64,000 nucleotides of DNA, taken from positions 39,866,001 to 39,930,000 of the forward strand of contig OZ024740.1 in NCBI GenBank assembly GCA_964016885.1, given 5' to 3'. The notes under the pieces are model-generated. The model did not search any database. It was not told where the DNA came from and saw only the letters and a list, made by a program, of their open reading frames with translations. Origin of the DNA: Eledone cirrhosa. Taxonomy: Eukaryota. Positions within the stretch are counted from its first letter, which is position 1; the number at the start of each line of letters is the position of its first letter. A program made the translations under genes and the position numbers. Shown here piece after piece: positions 48,815-64,000 of this stretch.

Positions 48815-49910
48815 AGGGCAGTGGACTGACAGTATCAGTAGAACATCGGAGAATATGCTTTGTGGCGTATAGTTACGTCCCTTTAAGTTCAAACTCTGCC
48901 ACGGTCAAATTTGCCTTTCATCCTTCCAGGGTCGATAAAATAAAGTAACAGTAAAGTACTGGGGTTGGCTTATTTGACTTTCATACCTGTCCCAACCAAA
49001 TGTTAGCCTTGTGCCTAAATTAAAAACCATTATTAACCCTTTAGCATTTATATTACTCTATATTTACTATTGTATTTTTGTGGTAGGGCTTTATCTCACA
49101 TAATATTGAATCTATGAGATTTTGATATTTATTTCGAGAACAATACCTCAACAGCCGGTTTAAACAGAAAGAAGTGAGAGAATTCTGGCCAGATACGGCT
49201 GGTTTAAATGCTAAAGGGTTAATGTTAGAGGACAGTGGATTGGAAGTATTGGTAGAGCATCTGACATGCTATGCAGCATAAAATTACGTCCCTTTACGTT
49301 CTGAGTTCAAATCCTGCTGAGGTTAGCTTTGCTTTTCATCCTTACAAGGTCAATAATATAAAGGACCAGTAATGCACTATGCTCAATTTAATCAACTTTC
49401 CCCTCTCCCAAATTGTTGGCCATGTGCTAGTATGTATGTATGGTCTTGTAATTCTTGGTGATTATTGACATACAGCATTTCTTGGGCATTTTTAAGTCTG
49501 GCAGAGCCTATCTCCTCTCCAGATCTAAATACTGTAGATTTCTTCCACAAAGTGAGAGAGAAGACGTGAGAAAGAGATACAGAGGAAGAATTGACCCCAG
49601 TACTAGACCAGTACTAGACCAGTACATTTTTTATCAACCTAAAAAAAAAAGGAAAAGCAAAGTTGACCTCGGCAGGATTTGAACTGAGAGAGCCAGAACA
49701 AATACAAGGAAGTATTCTATCTGACATTCTAACTCTGCCAATTCGCCACCTATAATACTAGATTTGAGTTCAAATCTCGTCAAAATCAGCTTTCCCTTTC
49801 ATTCTTTTGGAGTCAATAAAATAAAATACCAGTAGGTACTGGGGTTGATTTAATTAACTTACCCATCCCCCAAAATTCATGGCTGTGTGCCTATGTTAGG
49901 AACAAATATT
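48815..49910. mobile_element. Cluster of four tRNA-SINE copies/fragments in both orientations
   Basis: TTTGC(C/T)TTTCATCC family motifs at about 48910, 49330 and 49790 (+) and about 49660 (-). Confidence 0.65.
49037..49218. mobile_element. piggyBac-like MITE
   Basis: TTAA-CCCTTTAGCATTTA…TAAATGCTAAAGGG-TTAA (perfect 14-bp TIR, TTAA TSD). Confidence 0.8.
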
Positions 49911-49999
49911 AATAGAATGAAATGTATTTTTTATCCTACATAAAAAAGAAATAATCATGATTTTTTTTTTTTAATATAAACTTTCTGAAAATAATATAA

Positions 50000-50265
50000 C
50001 GTCATCTGACATAGTACTCTATACAACACTTCAACTGACAGTATAACAAATCAATTGAGACAGTACTCTATATAACATGTCAACACACAGTACTCTATAT
50101 AACAAGTCAACTGACAGTACTCTATATACCATGTCAACTGACACTACTCTATATACCATGCCAACTGACACTACTCTATATACCATGTCAACTGACACAG
50201 TACTCTATATAACAAGTCAATTGAGACAGTACTCTATATAATAGGTCACCTGACACAGTACTTTA
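50000..50265. repeat. Degenerate minisatellite, CAGTACTCTATATAACATGTCAACTGA
   Basis: About 8 imperfect tandem copies. Confidence 0.8.
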
Positions 50266-50356
50266 AAGCTACTAAAGTGTACCTATCTTTCTAATACTGT
50301 AAATTGGAAAGAAGACTGAAAATCACAGAGATATAAAATATGAAAGTAAAACATAC

Positions 50357-50470
50357 CTCAGAAGATTTCATTGTCTCAATCTTAGCTATATACACCAAAT
50401 GACAAATATCAGATTCAATAGAATTGAATTGAGTGTTGTTAAATGCTGAATAAAATTCATCGGCCATTTC
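50357..50470 (-). CDS. BRAP: BRAP exon (end of BRAP2/RRM-like domain); most 5' exon found in the window
   Basis: AG/GTATGT, 114 nt; EMADEFYSAFNNTQFNSIESDICHLVYIAKIETMKSSE (compare ADSFY..NGRQFNSIEDDVCQLVYV). Confidence 0.94.
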
Positions 50471-51228
50471 CTAATTGAAAAAATAAGAAAGCAGATGTTA
50501 GAAAAATTTAAAATAGGACTTTAATTTTAAATAGGAATTTAATCAAAACATTTCCAATCAAATGCTCTAAAATCAATAAACATGAGTTAATATTCAGTAT
50601 TTATTATTTTTATATTTTGTGTTCCATATAAAACTAATTAAGGTTTATGTCTTAAAATCTGTATTTTTTGTGTGAGTGGCAGAGAGATATGTTGAGACAC
50701 AGAGAATAAAATAGAAAAAGATACTGTATGCTAAGAAAGGAGACTTATCATACTACACAATTTAACACCACTCAGATGTTGGAACAGACCTCTGGTTTCA
50801 GGATGACAATCTTTGGACATAAGCTTTCTTTTATGTAATGCCACAGATTACCAGAGAGTTCAGATACAAAAAACTTCCCAGCAGAAGGCCACATCCAGAT
50901 AACATAGGGCCCTGAAGCTATGGATAGCTCATAATCCTATACAAACCAGTTCTCTAATTGGTCTCTCTGAGTCATCTAACTACTGTTTCATCAATGTATG
51001 ACAAACTTTTATGGAAAGCAAAGTATACCTCATATATCACACAGTCTGCAAACTATTTCATCATCTACATAGCAGAAGCACCATCTGTTTCTTTCTAGGG
51101 AGCTCTCTACTAACTTTGCAGACTTATCCAACCCAACTCTTATCAACCAAGATGGCTCTAGAAGTAGCACTCCTGTTGTAAAGCTGTCACACTGGTTATA
51201 GTTAATCTCAAGTAGCTTCACTATGTTA

Positions 51229-51565
51229 GTGAAGGTACATGGTTTGGTGATTAGAGCATTGGGTTTACAAACATGTGGTTATGAGTTTGATTCTCGGATC
51301 AAATGGTACATTGTGTCCTTGAGCAAGATACTTTATTTCACGTTGCTCCAGTTCACCCAGCTGGAACAAATGAGGTGAGAAGTCACTGGTGCCAAGTTGT
51401 ATTAGCCATTGCCTTTCTCTTGGACAACATTGGTGGCATGGGGAGACTAGCTTGCATGGGCAACAGTTGGTCTACCACAGAAAAACACTTTGCCCGGACT
51501 TGTGCCTCAGAGGGGAATTTTTTGAGTACAAAACCCATGGATATTCATGACCAAAGGTGTTTTAC
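51229..51565 (+). mobile_element. Decayed tRNA-derived SINE
   Basis: GTGAAGG.ACATGG, GAGTTTGATTC and GTGTCCTTGAGCAAGATACTTTATTTCAC. Confidence 0.6.
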
Positions 51566-52214
51566 TAAGCTACAGTTGCTGTAGTTGATTTAGGAGAGCT
51601 GTATGTTACAATTCCCTGCTTGATCAAGAAACATGAGATACAATGTTGAAACAAATGCTGAAATTCTGGACAACTCAAAACTACACAAGTGAAATACAGT
51701 TATGAAATTATTGAAACAAATGTTCACATTCATCTTTCATTTCTTCTGAAACAATCATTATGAAAAATAAACATAATTTGAACAAGAACTGTCTGGTGTC
51801 CTGCCAGACTGACATTATTAAGTAAGCATAATTTGAGCAGGAACTATTTGATGTACTGACAGTCTGACAATATCAAGTGAACCTAATTTGAGTAAGAACT
51901 GTTACAACTGTCACCTGTAAATATCATCTGCTTCTGAGAAATACACTACTTAGTAGGTAAAATGTACAGAAACTAATCTCAGCTTCTGTGGTGTTTAGTG
52001 CTTTGATCCTCTATTGAAAGCTAACAGTTATGTTATAAATGTCCACTTCTAGCTAACAGCAATAAATCACACTTCTCTATGACACAAATTCACATATAGG
52101 CAACTTTTCTAAGGACACTACATGATAATGGTGATGGGATTTGTACAATGAAGCCTACAGCTGTGAGGAAAACATCCAAGACATCCAGAACACAATCACT
52201 ACACAGATGAAAAA

Positions 52215-52690
52215 AACATCATAGTGATCCCTGCTAAACATCACACAACTACCCCTAATAACACCACAAACAACATAGTGACTCTTGCTAAACATCAGAT
52301 AGCTACAACCCCTAATAACCCTAAAAATCAACATAGTGACCCCTGCTAAACATCAGAAAACTACCCCTAATAATCCCACAAACAACATAATGACCCCTGC
52401 TAAACACCACACAGCTACAACCTCTAATAACCCCACAAACATCATAGTGACCCCTGTTAAACATCACACAACTATCCCTAATAACACCACAAACATAGTG
52501 ACCCATGCATAACACCACATAAATAAAACTTCTAATAACACCACAAACAACATAGTGACCCCTGCTAAACATCACACAACTACCCCTAAAAAACAAAATA
52601 GTGACCCATGCTAAAAATCTGAAAATTACCTCTAATAACCCCACAAATGACATAGTGACTCCTGCTAAACATTAGATAACTACAAACCCT
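52215..52690. repeat. Degenerate ~65-bp minisatellite
   Basis: CATAGTGACCCCTGCTAAACATCACACAACTACCCCTAATAAC repeated about 8 times. Confidence 0.85.
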
Positions 52691-52741
52691 ATGATTGCTA
52701 CAAAGTTTGTCTCAACATCACTGCAGATATCTTTTGGTGAT

Positions 52742-55700
52742 ATCACATCCTCTACATAACAGAGACATCATCACGTCCTCTACATAACAGAGACAGTACC
52801 ACATCCTCTACATAACAGAGACAGTACCACATACTCTACATAACAGAGACAACACCACATCCTCTACATAACAGAGACAGTATCACATCCTCTACATAAC
52901 AGAGACAGTACCACATCCTCTACATAACAGAAACAGTACCACATCCTCTACATAATAGAGACAGTACCACATCCTCTACATAATAGAGACAGTACGACAT
53001 ACTCTACATAACAGAGACAGCACCACATCCTCTACATAACAGAGACAGTACCACATCCTCCACATAACAGAAACAGTACCACATACTCTACATCACAGAG
53101 ACAGTACCACATCCTCTACATAACAGAGACAGTATCACATCCTCTACATAACAGAGACAGTATCACATCCTCTACATAACAGAGACATCATCACATCCTC
53201 TACATAACAGAGACAGTACCACATCCTCTACATAACAGAGACAGTACCACATCCTCTACATAACAGAGACAGTACCACATCCTCTACATAACAGAGACAG
53301 TACCACATCCTCTACATAACAGCGACAGTGCCACATCCTCTACATAACAAAGACATTATCACATCCTCTACATAACAGAGACAGTACCACATCCTCTACA
53401 TAAAAGAGACAGTACCACATCCTCTACATAACAAAGACAGTACCACATCCTCTACATAATAGAGACAGTACCACATCCTCTACATAATAGAGACAGTACC
53501 ACATCCTCTACATAATAGAGACAGTACCACATACTCTACATAACAGAGACAGCACCACATCCTCTACATAACAGAGACAGTACCACATCCTCTACATAAC
53601 AGAAACAGTACCACATACTCTACATCACAGAGACAGTACCACATCCTCTACATAACAGAGACAGTATCACATCCTCTACATAACAGAGACAGTATCACAT
53701 CCTCTACATAACAGAGACAGCATCACATCCTCTACATAACAGAGACAGTACCACATCCTCTACATAACAGAGACAGTACCACATCCTCTACATAACAGAG
53801 ACAGTACCACATCCTCTACATAACAGAGACAGTACAACATCCTCTACATAACAGCGACAGTGCCACATCCTCTACATAACAAAGACATTATCACATCCTC
53901 TACATAACAGAGACAGTACCACATCCTCTACATAAAAGAGACAGTATCACATCCTCTACATAACAGAAACAGTACCACATCCTCTGCATAACAGAAACAG
54001 TACCACATCCTCTACATAACAGAGACAGTACCACATCCTCTACATAACAGAGACAGCACCACATCCACTACATAACAAAGACACCATCACATCTTCTACA
54101 TAACAAAGACAGTACCACATCCTCTACATAACAGAGACAGTACCACATCCTCTACATAACAGAGACAGTACCACATCCTCTACATAACAGAGACAGCACC
54201 ACATCCTCTACATAACAGAGACAGCACCACATCCTCTACATAACAGAGAGAGCACCACATCCTCTACATAACAGAGACAGTATCACATCCTCTACATAAC
54301 AGAGACAGTACCACATCCTCTACATAACAGAAACAGTACCACATCCTCTGCATAACAGAAACAGTACCACATCCTCTACATAACAGAGACAGTACCACAT
54401 CCTCTACATAACAGAGACAGCACCACATCCACTACATAACAAAGACATCATCACATCTTCTACATAACAGAGACAGTACCACATCCTCTACATAACAGAG
54501 ACAGTACCACATCCTCTACATAACAGAAACAACACCACATCCTCTACATAACAAAGACATCATCACATCTTCTACATAACAGAGACAGTACCACATCCTC
54601 TACATAACAGAGACAGTACCACATCCTCTACATAACAGAGACAGTACCACATCCTCTACATAACAGAGACAGCACCACATCCTCTACATAACAGAGACAG
54701 TACCACATCCTCTACATAACAAAGACATCATCACATCCTCTACATAACAGAAACAGTACCACATCCTCTACATAACAGAGACAGTACCACATCCTCTACA
54801 TAACAGAAACAGTACCACATCCTCTACATAAGAGAGACAGTACCACATCCTCTACATAACAGAGACAGCACCACATCCTCTACATAACAGAGACAGCACC
54901 ACATCCTCTACATAACAGAGACAGTACCACATACTCTACATAACAGAGACAGCACCACATCCTCTACATAACAGAGACAGCACCACATCCTCTACATAAC
55001 AGAGACAGTACCACATCCTCCACATAACAGAAACAGTACCACATACTCTACATCACAGAGACAGTACCACATCCTCTACATAACAGAGACAGTATCACAT
55101 CCTCTACATAACAGAGACAGTATCACATCCTCTACATAACAGAGACATCATCACATCCTCTACATAACAGAGACAGTACCACATCCTCTACATAACAGAG
55201 ACAGTACCACATCCTCTACATAACAGAGACAGTACCACATCCTCTACATAACGGAGACAGTACCACATCCTCTACATAACAGAGACAGTACAACATCCTC
55301 TACATAACAGCGACAGTGCCACATCCTCTACATAACAAAGACATTATCACATCCTCTACATAACAGAGACAGTACCACATCCTCTACATAAAAGAGACAG
55401 TGCCACATCCTCTACATAACAAAGACAGTACCACATCCTCTACATAACAGAGACAGTACCACATCCTCTACATAACAAAGACAGTACCACATCCTCTACA
55501 TAGCAGAGACAGTACCACATCCTCTACATAACAGAGACAGTACCACATCCTCTACATAACAGAGACAGTACCACATCCTCTACATAACAAAGACAGTACC
55601 ACATTCTCTACATAACAGAGACAGTACCACATCCTCTACATAACAGAGACAGTACCACATCCTCTACATAACAGAGACAGTACCACATCCTCTACATAAC

Positions 55701-58700
55701 AGAGACAGCACCACATCCTCTACATAACAGAGACAGCACCACATCCTCTACGTAATAGAGACAGTACCACATCCTCTACATAACAAAGACAGTACCACAT
55801 CCTCTACATAACAGAGACAGTACCACATCCTCTACATAACAGAGACAGTACCACATCCTCTACATAACAGAGACAGTACCACATCCTCTACATAACAGAA
55901 ACAGTACCACATCCTCTACATAACAGAGACAGTACCACATCCTCTACATAACAGAGACAGCACCACATCCACTACATAAAAAAGACATCATCACATCTTC
56001 TACATAACAGAGACAGTACCACATCCTCTACATAACAGAGACAGTACCACATCCTCTACATAACAGAGACAGTACCACATCCTCTACATAACAGAGACAG
56101 CACCACACCCTCTACATAACAGAGACAGCACCACATCCTCTACATAACAGAGAGAGCACCACATCCTCTACATAACAGAGACAGTATCACATCCTCTACA
56201 TAACAGAGACAGTACCACATCCTCTACATAACAGAAACAGTACCACATCCTCTGCATAACAGAAACAGTACCACATCCTCTACATAACAGAGACAGTACC
56301 ACATCCTCTACATAACAGAGACAGCACCACATCCACTACATAACAAAGACATCATCACATCTTCTACATAACAGAGACAGTACCACATCCTCTACATAAC
56401 AGAGACAGTACCACATCCTCTACATAACAGAAACAACACCACATCCTCTACATAAAAAAGACATCATCACATCTTCTACATAACAGAGACAGTACCACAT
56501 CCTCTACATAACAGAGACAGTACCACATCCTCTACATAACAGAGACAGTACCACATCCTCTACATAACAGAGACAGCACCACATCCTCTACATAACAGAG
56601 ACAGTACCACATCCTCTACATAACAAAGACATCATCACATCCTCTACATAACAGAGACAGTACCACATCCTCTACATAACAGAGACAGTACCACATCCTC
56701 TACATAACAGAAACAGTACCACATCCTCTACATAAGAGAGACAGTACCACATCCTCTACATAACAGAGACAGCACCACATCCTCTACATAACAGAGACAG
56801 CACCACATCCTCTACATAACAGAGACAGTACCATATCCTCTACATAACAGAGACAGTACCACATCCTCTACATAACAGAGACAGTACCACATCCTCTACA
56901 TAACAGAGACAGTACCACATCCTCTACATAACAGAGACAGTACTACATCCTCTACATAACAGAAACAGTACCACATCCTCTGCATAACAGAAACAGTACC
57001 ACATCCTCTACATAACAGCGACAGTGCCACATCCTCTACATAACAAAGACATTATCACATCCTCTACATAACAGAGACAGTACCACATGCTCTACATAAA
57101 AGAGACAGTACCACATCCTCTACATAAGAGAGACAGTACCACATCCTCTACATAACAAAGACAGCACCACATCCTCTACATAACAGAGACATCATCACAT
57201 CCTCTACATAACAGAGACAGTACCACATCCTCTACATAACACAGACAGTACCACATCCTCTACATAACAGAGACAGTACCACATCCTCTACATAACAGAG
57301 ACAGTACCACATCCTCTACATAACAGAGACAGTACCACATCCTCTACATAACAGAGACAGCACCACATCCTCTACATAACAGAGACAGTACCACATCCTC
57401 TACATAACAAAGACATCATCACATCCTCTACATAACAGAGACAGTACCACATCCTCTACATAACAGAGACAGTATCACATCCTCTACATAACAGAGACAG
57501 TATCACATCCTCTACATAACAGAGACATCATCACATCCTCTACATAACAGAGACAGTACCACATCCTCTACATAACAGAGACAGTACCACATCCTCTACA
57601 TAACGGAGACAGTACCACATCCTCTACATAACAGAGACAGTACAACATCCTCTACATAACAGCGACAGTGCCACATCCTCTACATAACAAAGACATTATC
57701 ACATCCTCTACATAACAGAGACAGTACCACATCCTCTACATAAAAGAGACAGTGCCACATCCTCTACATAACAAAGACAGTACCACATCCTCTACATAAC
57801 AGAGACAGTACCACATCCTCTACATAACAAAGACAGTACCACATCCTCTACATAACAGAGACAGTACCACATCCTCTACATAACAGAGACAGTACCACAT
57901 CCTCTACATAACAGAGACAGTACCACATCCTCTACATAAAAGAGACAGTACCACATCCTCTACATAACAAAGACAGTACCACATCCTCTACATAACAGAG
58001 ACAGTACCACATCCTCTACATAACAGAGACAGTACCACATCCTCTACATAACAGAGACAGTACCACATCCTCTACATAACAGAGACAGCACCACATCCTC
58101 TACATAACAGAGACAGCACCACATCCTCTACATAATAGAGACAGTACCACATCATCTACATAACAAAGACAGTACCACATCCTCTACATAACAGAGACAG
58201 TACCACATCCTCTACATAACAGAGACAGTACCACATCCTCTACATAACAGAAACAGTACCACATCCTCTACATAACAGAGACAGTACCACATCCTCTACA
58301 TAACAGAGACAGCACCACATCCACTACATAACAAAGACATCATCACATCTTCTACATAACAGAGACAGTACCACATCCTCTACATAACAGAGACAGTACC
58401 ACATCCTCTACATAACAGAGACAGTACCACATCCTCTACATAACAGAGACAGCACCACATCCTCTACATAACAGAGACAGCACCACATCCTCTACATAAC
58501 AGAGAGAGCACCACATCCTCTACATAACAGAGACAGTATCACATCCTCTACATAACAGAGACAGTACCACATCCTCTACATAACAGAAACAGTACCACAT
58601 CCTCTGCATAACAGAAACAGTACCACATCCTCTACATAACAGAGACAGTACCACATCCTCTACATAACAGAGACAGCACCACATCCACTACATAACAAAG

Positions 58701-61700
58701 ACATCATCACATCTTCTACATAACAGAGACAGTACCACATCCTCTACATAACAGAGACAGTACCACATCCTCTACATAACAGAAACAACACCACATCCTC
58801 TACATAACAAAGACATCATCACATCTTCTACATAACAGAGACAGTACCACATCCTCTACATAACAGAGACAGTACCACATCCTCTACATAACAGAGACAG
58901 TACCACATCCTCTACATAACAGAGACAGCACCACATCCTCTACATAACAGAGACAGTACCACATCCTCTACATAACAAAGACATCATCACATCCTCTACA
59001 TAACAGAGACAGTACCACATCCTCTACATAACAGAGACAGTACCACATCCTCTACATAACAGAAACAGTACCACATCCTCTACATAAGAGAGACAGTACC
59101 ACATCCTCTACATAACAGAGACAGCACCACATCCTCTACATAACAGAGACAGTACCATATCCTCTACATAACAGAGACAGTACCACATCCTCTACATAAC
59201 AGAGACAGTACCACATCCTCTACATAACAGAGACAGTACCACATCCTCTACATAACAGAGACAGTACTACATCCTCTACATAACAGAAACAGTACCACAT
59301 CCTCTGCATAACAGAAACAGTACCACATCCTCTACATAACAGCGACAGTGCCACATCCTCTACATAACAAAGACATTATCACATCCTCTACATAACAGAG
59401 ACAGTACCACATCCTCTACATAAAAGAGACAGTACCACATCCTCTACATAAGAGAGACAGTACCACATCCTCTACATAACAAAGACAGCAGCACATCCTC
59501 TACATAACAGAGACATCATCACATCCTCTACATAACAGAGACAGTACCACATCCTCTACATAACACAGACAGTACCACATCCTCTACATAACAGAGACAG
59601 TACCACATCCTCTACATAACAGAGACAGTACCACATCCTCTACATAACAGAGACAGCACCACATCCTCTACATAACAGAGACAGTACCACATCCTCTACA
59701 TAACAGAGACAGTACCACATCCTCTACATAACAGAAACAGTACCACATCCTCTACATAAGAGAGACAGTACCACATCCTCTACATAACAGAGACAGCACC
59801 ACATCCTCTACATAACAGAGACAGTACCACATCCTCTACATAACAGAGACAGTACCACATCCTCTACATAACAGAGACAGTACCACATCCTCTACATAAC
59901 AGAGACAGTACCACATCCTCTACATAACAGAGACAGTACCACATCCTCTACATAAAAGAGACAGTACCACATCCTCTACATAACAAAGACAGTACCACAT
60001 CCTCTACATAACAGAGACAGTACCACATCCTCTACATAACAGAGACAGTACCACATCCTCTACATAACAGAGACAGTACCACATCCTCTACATAACAGAG
60101 GCAGCACCACATCCTCTACATAACAGAGACAGCACCACATCCTCTACATAATAGAGACAGTACCACATCCTCTACATAACAAAGACAGTACCACATCCTC
60201 TACATAACAGAGACAGTACCACATCCTCTACATAACAGAGACAGTACCACATCCTCTACATAACAGAGACAGCACCACATCCACTACATAACAAAGACAT
60301 CATCACATCTACATAACAGAGACAGTACCACATCCTCTACATAACAGAGACAGTACCACATCCTCTACATAACAGAGACAGTACCACATCCTCTACATAA
60401 CAGAGACAGCACCACATCCTCTACATAACAGAGACAGCACCACATCCTCTACATAACAGAGAGAGCACCACATCCTCTACATAACAGAGACAGTATCACA
60501 TCCTCTACATAACAGAGACAGTACCACATCCTCTACATAACAGAAACAGTACCACATGCTCTGCATAACAGAAACAGTACCACATCCTCTACATAACAGA
60601 GACAGTACCGCATCCTCTACATAACAGAGACAGCACCACATCCACTACATAACAAAGACATCATCACATCTTCTACATAACAGAGACAGTACCACATCCT
60701 CTACATAACAGAGACAGTACCACATCCTCTACATAACAGAAACAACACCACATCCTCTACATAACAAAGACATCATCACATCTTCTACATAACAGAGACA
60801 GTACCACATCCTCTACATAACAGAGACAGTACCACATCCTCTACATAACAGAGACAGTACCACATCCTCTACATAACAGAGACAGCACCACATCCTCTAC
60901 ATAACAGAGACAGTACCACATCCTCTACATAACAAAGACATCATCACATCCTCTACATAACAGAGACAGTACCACATCCTCTACATAACAGAGACAGTAC
61001 CACATCCTCTACATAACAGAAACAGTACCACATCCTCTACATAAGAGAGACAGTACCACATCCTCTACATAACAGAGACAGCACCACATCCTCTACATAA
61101 CAGAGACAGCACCACATCCTCTACATAACAGAGACAGTACCACATCCTCTACATAACAGAAACAGTACCACATCCTCTGCATAACAGAAACAGTACCACA
61201 TCCTCTACATAACAGCGACAATGCCACATCCTCAACCTAACAAAGACGTTATCACATCCTCTACATAACAGAGACAGTACCACATCCTCTACATAAAAGA
61301 GACAGTACCACATCCTCTACATAAGAGAGACAGTACCACATCCTCTACATAACAAAGACAGCACCACATCCTCTACATAACAGACATCATCACATCCTCT
61401 ACATAACAGAGACAGTACCACATCCTCTACATAACAGACAGTACCACATCCTCTACATAACAGAGACAGTACCACATCCTCTACATAACAGAGACAGTAC
61501 CACATCCTCTACATAACAGAGACAGTACCACATCCTCTACATAACAGAGACAGCACCACATCCTCTACATAACAGAGACAGTACCACATCCTCTACATAA
61601 CAAAGACATCATCACATCCTCTACATAACAGAGACAGTACCACATCCTCTACATAACAGAGACAGTACCACATCCTCTACATAACAGAAACAGTACCACA

Positions 61701-64000
61701 TCCTCTACATAAGAGAGACAGTACCACATCCTCTACATAACAGAGACAGCACCACATCCTCTACATAACAGAGACAGTACCACATCCTCTACATAACAGA
61801 GACAGTACCACATCCTCTACATAACAGAGACAGTACCACATCCTCTACATAACAGAGACAGTACCACATCCTCTACATAACAGAGACAGCACCACATCCT
61901 CTACATAACAAAGACATCATCACATCTTCTACATAACAGAGACAGTACCACATCCTCTACATAACAGAGACAGTACCACATCCTCTACATAACAGAAACA
62001 ACACCACATCCTCTACATAACAAAGACATCATCACATCTTCTACATAACAGAGACAGTACCACATCCTCTACATAACAGAGACAGTACCACATCCTCTAC
62101 ATAACAGAGACAGTACCACATCCTCTACATAACAGAGACAGCACCACATCCTCTACATAACAGAGACAGTACCACATCCTCTACATAACAAAGACATCAT
62201 CACATCCTCTACATAACAGAAACAGTACCACATCCTCTACATAACAGAGACAGTACCACATCCTCTACATAACAGAAACAGTACCACATCCTCTACATAA
62301 GAGAGACAGTACCACATCCTCTACATAACAGAGACAGCACCACATCCTCTACATAACAGAGACAGCACCACATCCTCTACATAACAGAGACAGTACCACA
62401 TACTCTACATAACAGAGACAGCACCACATCCTCTACATAACAGAGACAGCACCACATCCTCTACATAACAGAGACAGTACCACATCCTCCACATAACAGA
62501 AACAGTACCACATACTCTACATCACAGAGACAGTACCACATCCTCTACATAACAGAGACAGTATCACATCCTCTACATAACAGAGACAGTATCACATCCT
62601 CTACATAACAGAGACATCATCACATCCTCTACATAACAGAGACAGTACCACATCCTCTACATAACAGAGACAGTACCACATCCTCTACATAACGGAGACA
62701 GTACCACATCCTCTACATAACAGAGACAGTACAACATCCTCTACATAACAGCGACAGTGCCACATCCTCTACATAACAAAGACATTATCACATCCTCTAC
62801 ATAACAGAGACAGTACCACATCCTCTACATAAAAGAGACAGTGCCACATCCTCTACATAACAAAGACAGTACCACATCCTCTACATAACAGAGACAGTAC
62901 CACATCCTCTACATAACAAAGACAGTACCACATCCTCTACATAACAGAGACAGTACCACATCCTCTACATAACAGAGACAGTACCACATCCTCTACATAA
63001 CAGAGACAGTACCACATCCTCTACATAACAAAGACAGTACCACATTCTCTACATAACAGAGACAGTACCACATCCTCTACATAACAGAGACAGTACCACA
63101 TCCTCTACATAACAGAGACAGTACCACATCCTCTACATAACAGAGACAGCACCACATCCTCTACATAACAGAGACAGCACCACATCCTCTACGTAATAGA
63201 GACAGTACCACATCCTCTACATAACAAAGACAGTACCACATCCTCTACATAACAGAGACAGTACCACATCCTCTACATAACAGAGACAGTACCACATCCT
63301 CTACATAACAGAGACAGTACCACATCCTCTACATAACAGAAACAGTACCACATCCTCTACATAACAGAGACAGTACCACATCCTCTACATAACAGAGACA
63401 GCACCACATCCACTACATAAAAAAGACATCATCACATCTTCTACATAACAGAGACAGTACCACATCCTCTACATAACAGAGACAGTACCACATCCTCTAC
63501 ATAACAGAGACAGTACCACATCCTCTACATAACAGAGACAGCACCACACCCTCTACATAACAGAGACAGCACCACATCCTCTACATAACAGAGAGAGCAC
63601 CACATCCTCTACATAACAGAGACAGTATCACATCCTCTACATAACAGAGACAGTACCACATCCTCTACATAACAGAAACAGTACCACATCCTCTGCATAA
63701 CAGAAACAGTACCACATCCTCTACATAACAGAGACAGTACCACATCCTCTACATAACAGAGACAGCACCACATCCACTACATAACAAAGACATCATCACA
63801 TCTTCTACATAACAGAGACAGTACCACATCCTCTACATAACAGAGACAGTACCACATCCTCTACATAACAGAAACAACACCACATCCTCTACATAAAAAA
63901 GACATCATCACATCTTCTACATAACAGAGACAGTACCACATCCTCTACATAACAGAGACAGTACCACATCCTCTACATAACAGAGACAGTACCACATCCT
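52742..64000. repeat. 28-bp satellite (~400 copies, continues past the window end), ACATCCTCTACATAACAGAGACAGTACC
   Basis: Period of 28 bp with recurrent variant units. Confidence 0.98.

Overview
AT-rich, repeat-dense eukaryotic (animal) DNA. The SINE/LINE families look like those I recall from octopus/cephalopod genomes; that is an inference, not a database result. One host gene is visible: the 3' ten coding exons of BRAP (BRAP2/IMP; RING-H2, ZnF-UBP and coiled-coil E3 ligase) on the minus strand, 50470->13386, all with GT-AG boundaries and compatible phases. Its 5' exons probably lie beyond the 28-bp satellite that fills 52.7-64 kb. Introns and 3' flank contain RTE-clade LINEs with a PHD-type zinc finger inside the RT ORF, a decayed Tx1/L1-clade LINE, CRE-like endonuclease fragments, many tRNA-derived SINEs, several MITEs and large minisatellites (38, 37, 21, 65 and 28 bp units). 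There is a 200-N gap. The most notable non-coding signal is a ~466-bp tandem/inverted repeat at 1-1835. Each full unit carries a minimal type-I hammerhead ribozyme, an octamer motif and several hairpins, which resembles a retrozyme or a Penelope pLTR.
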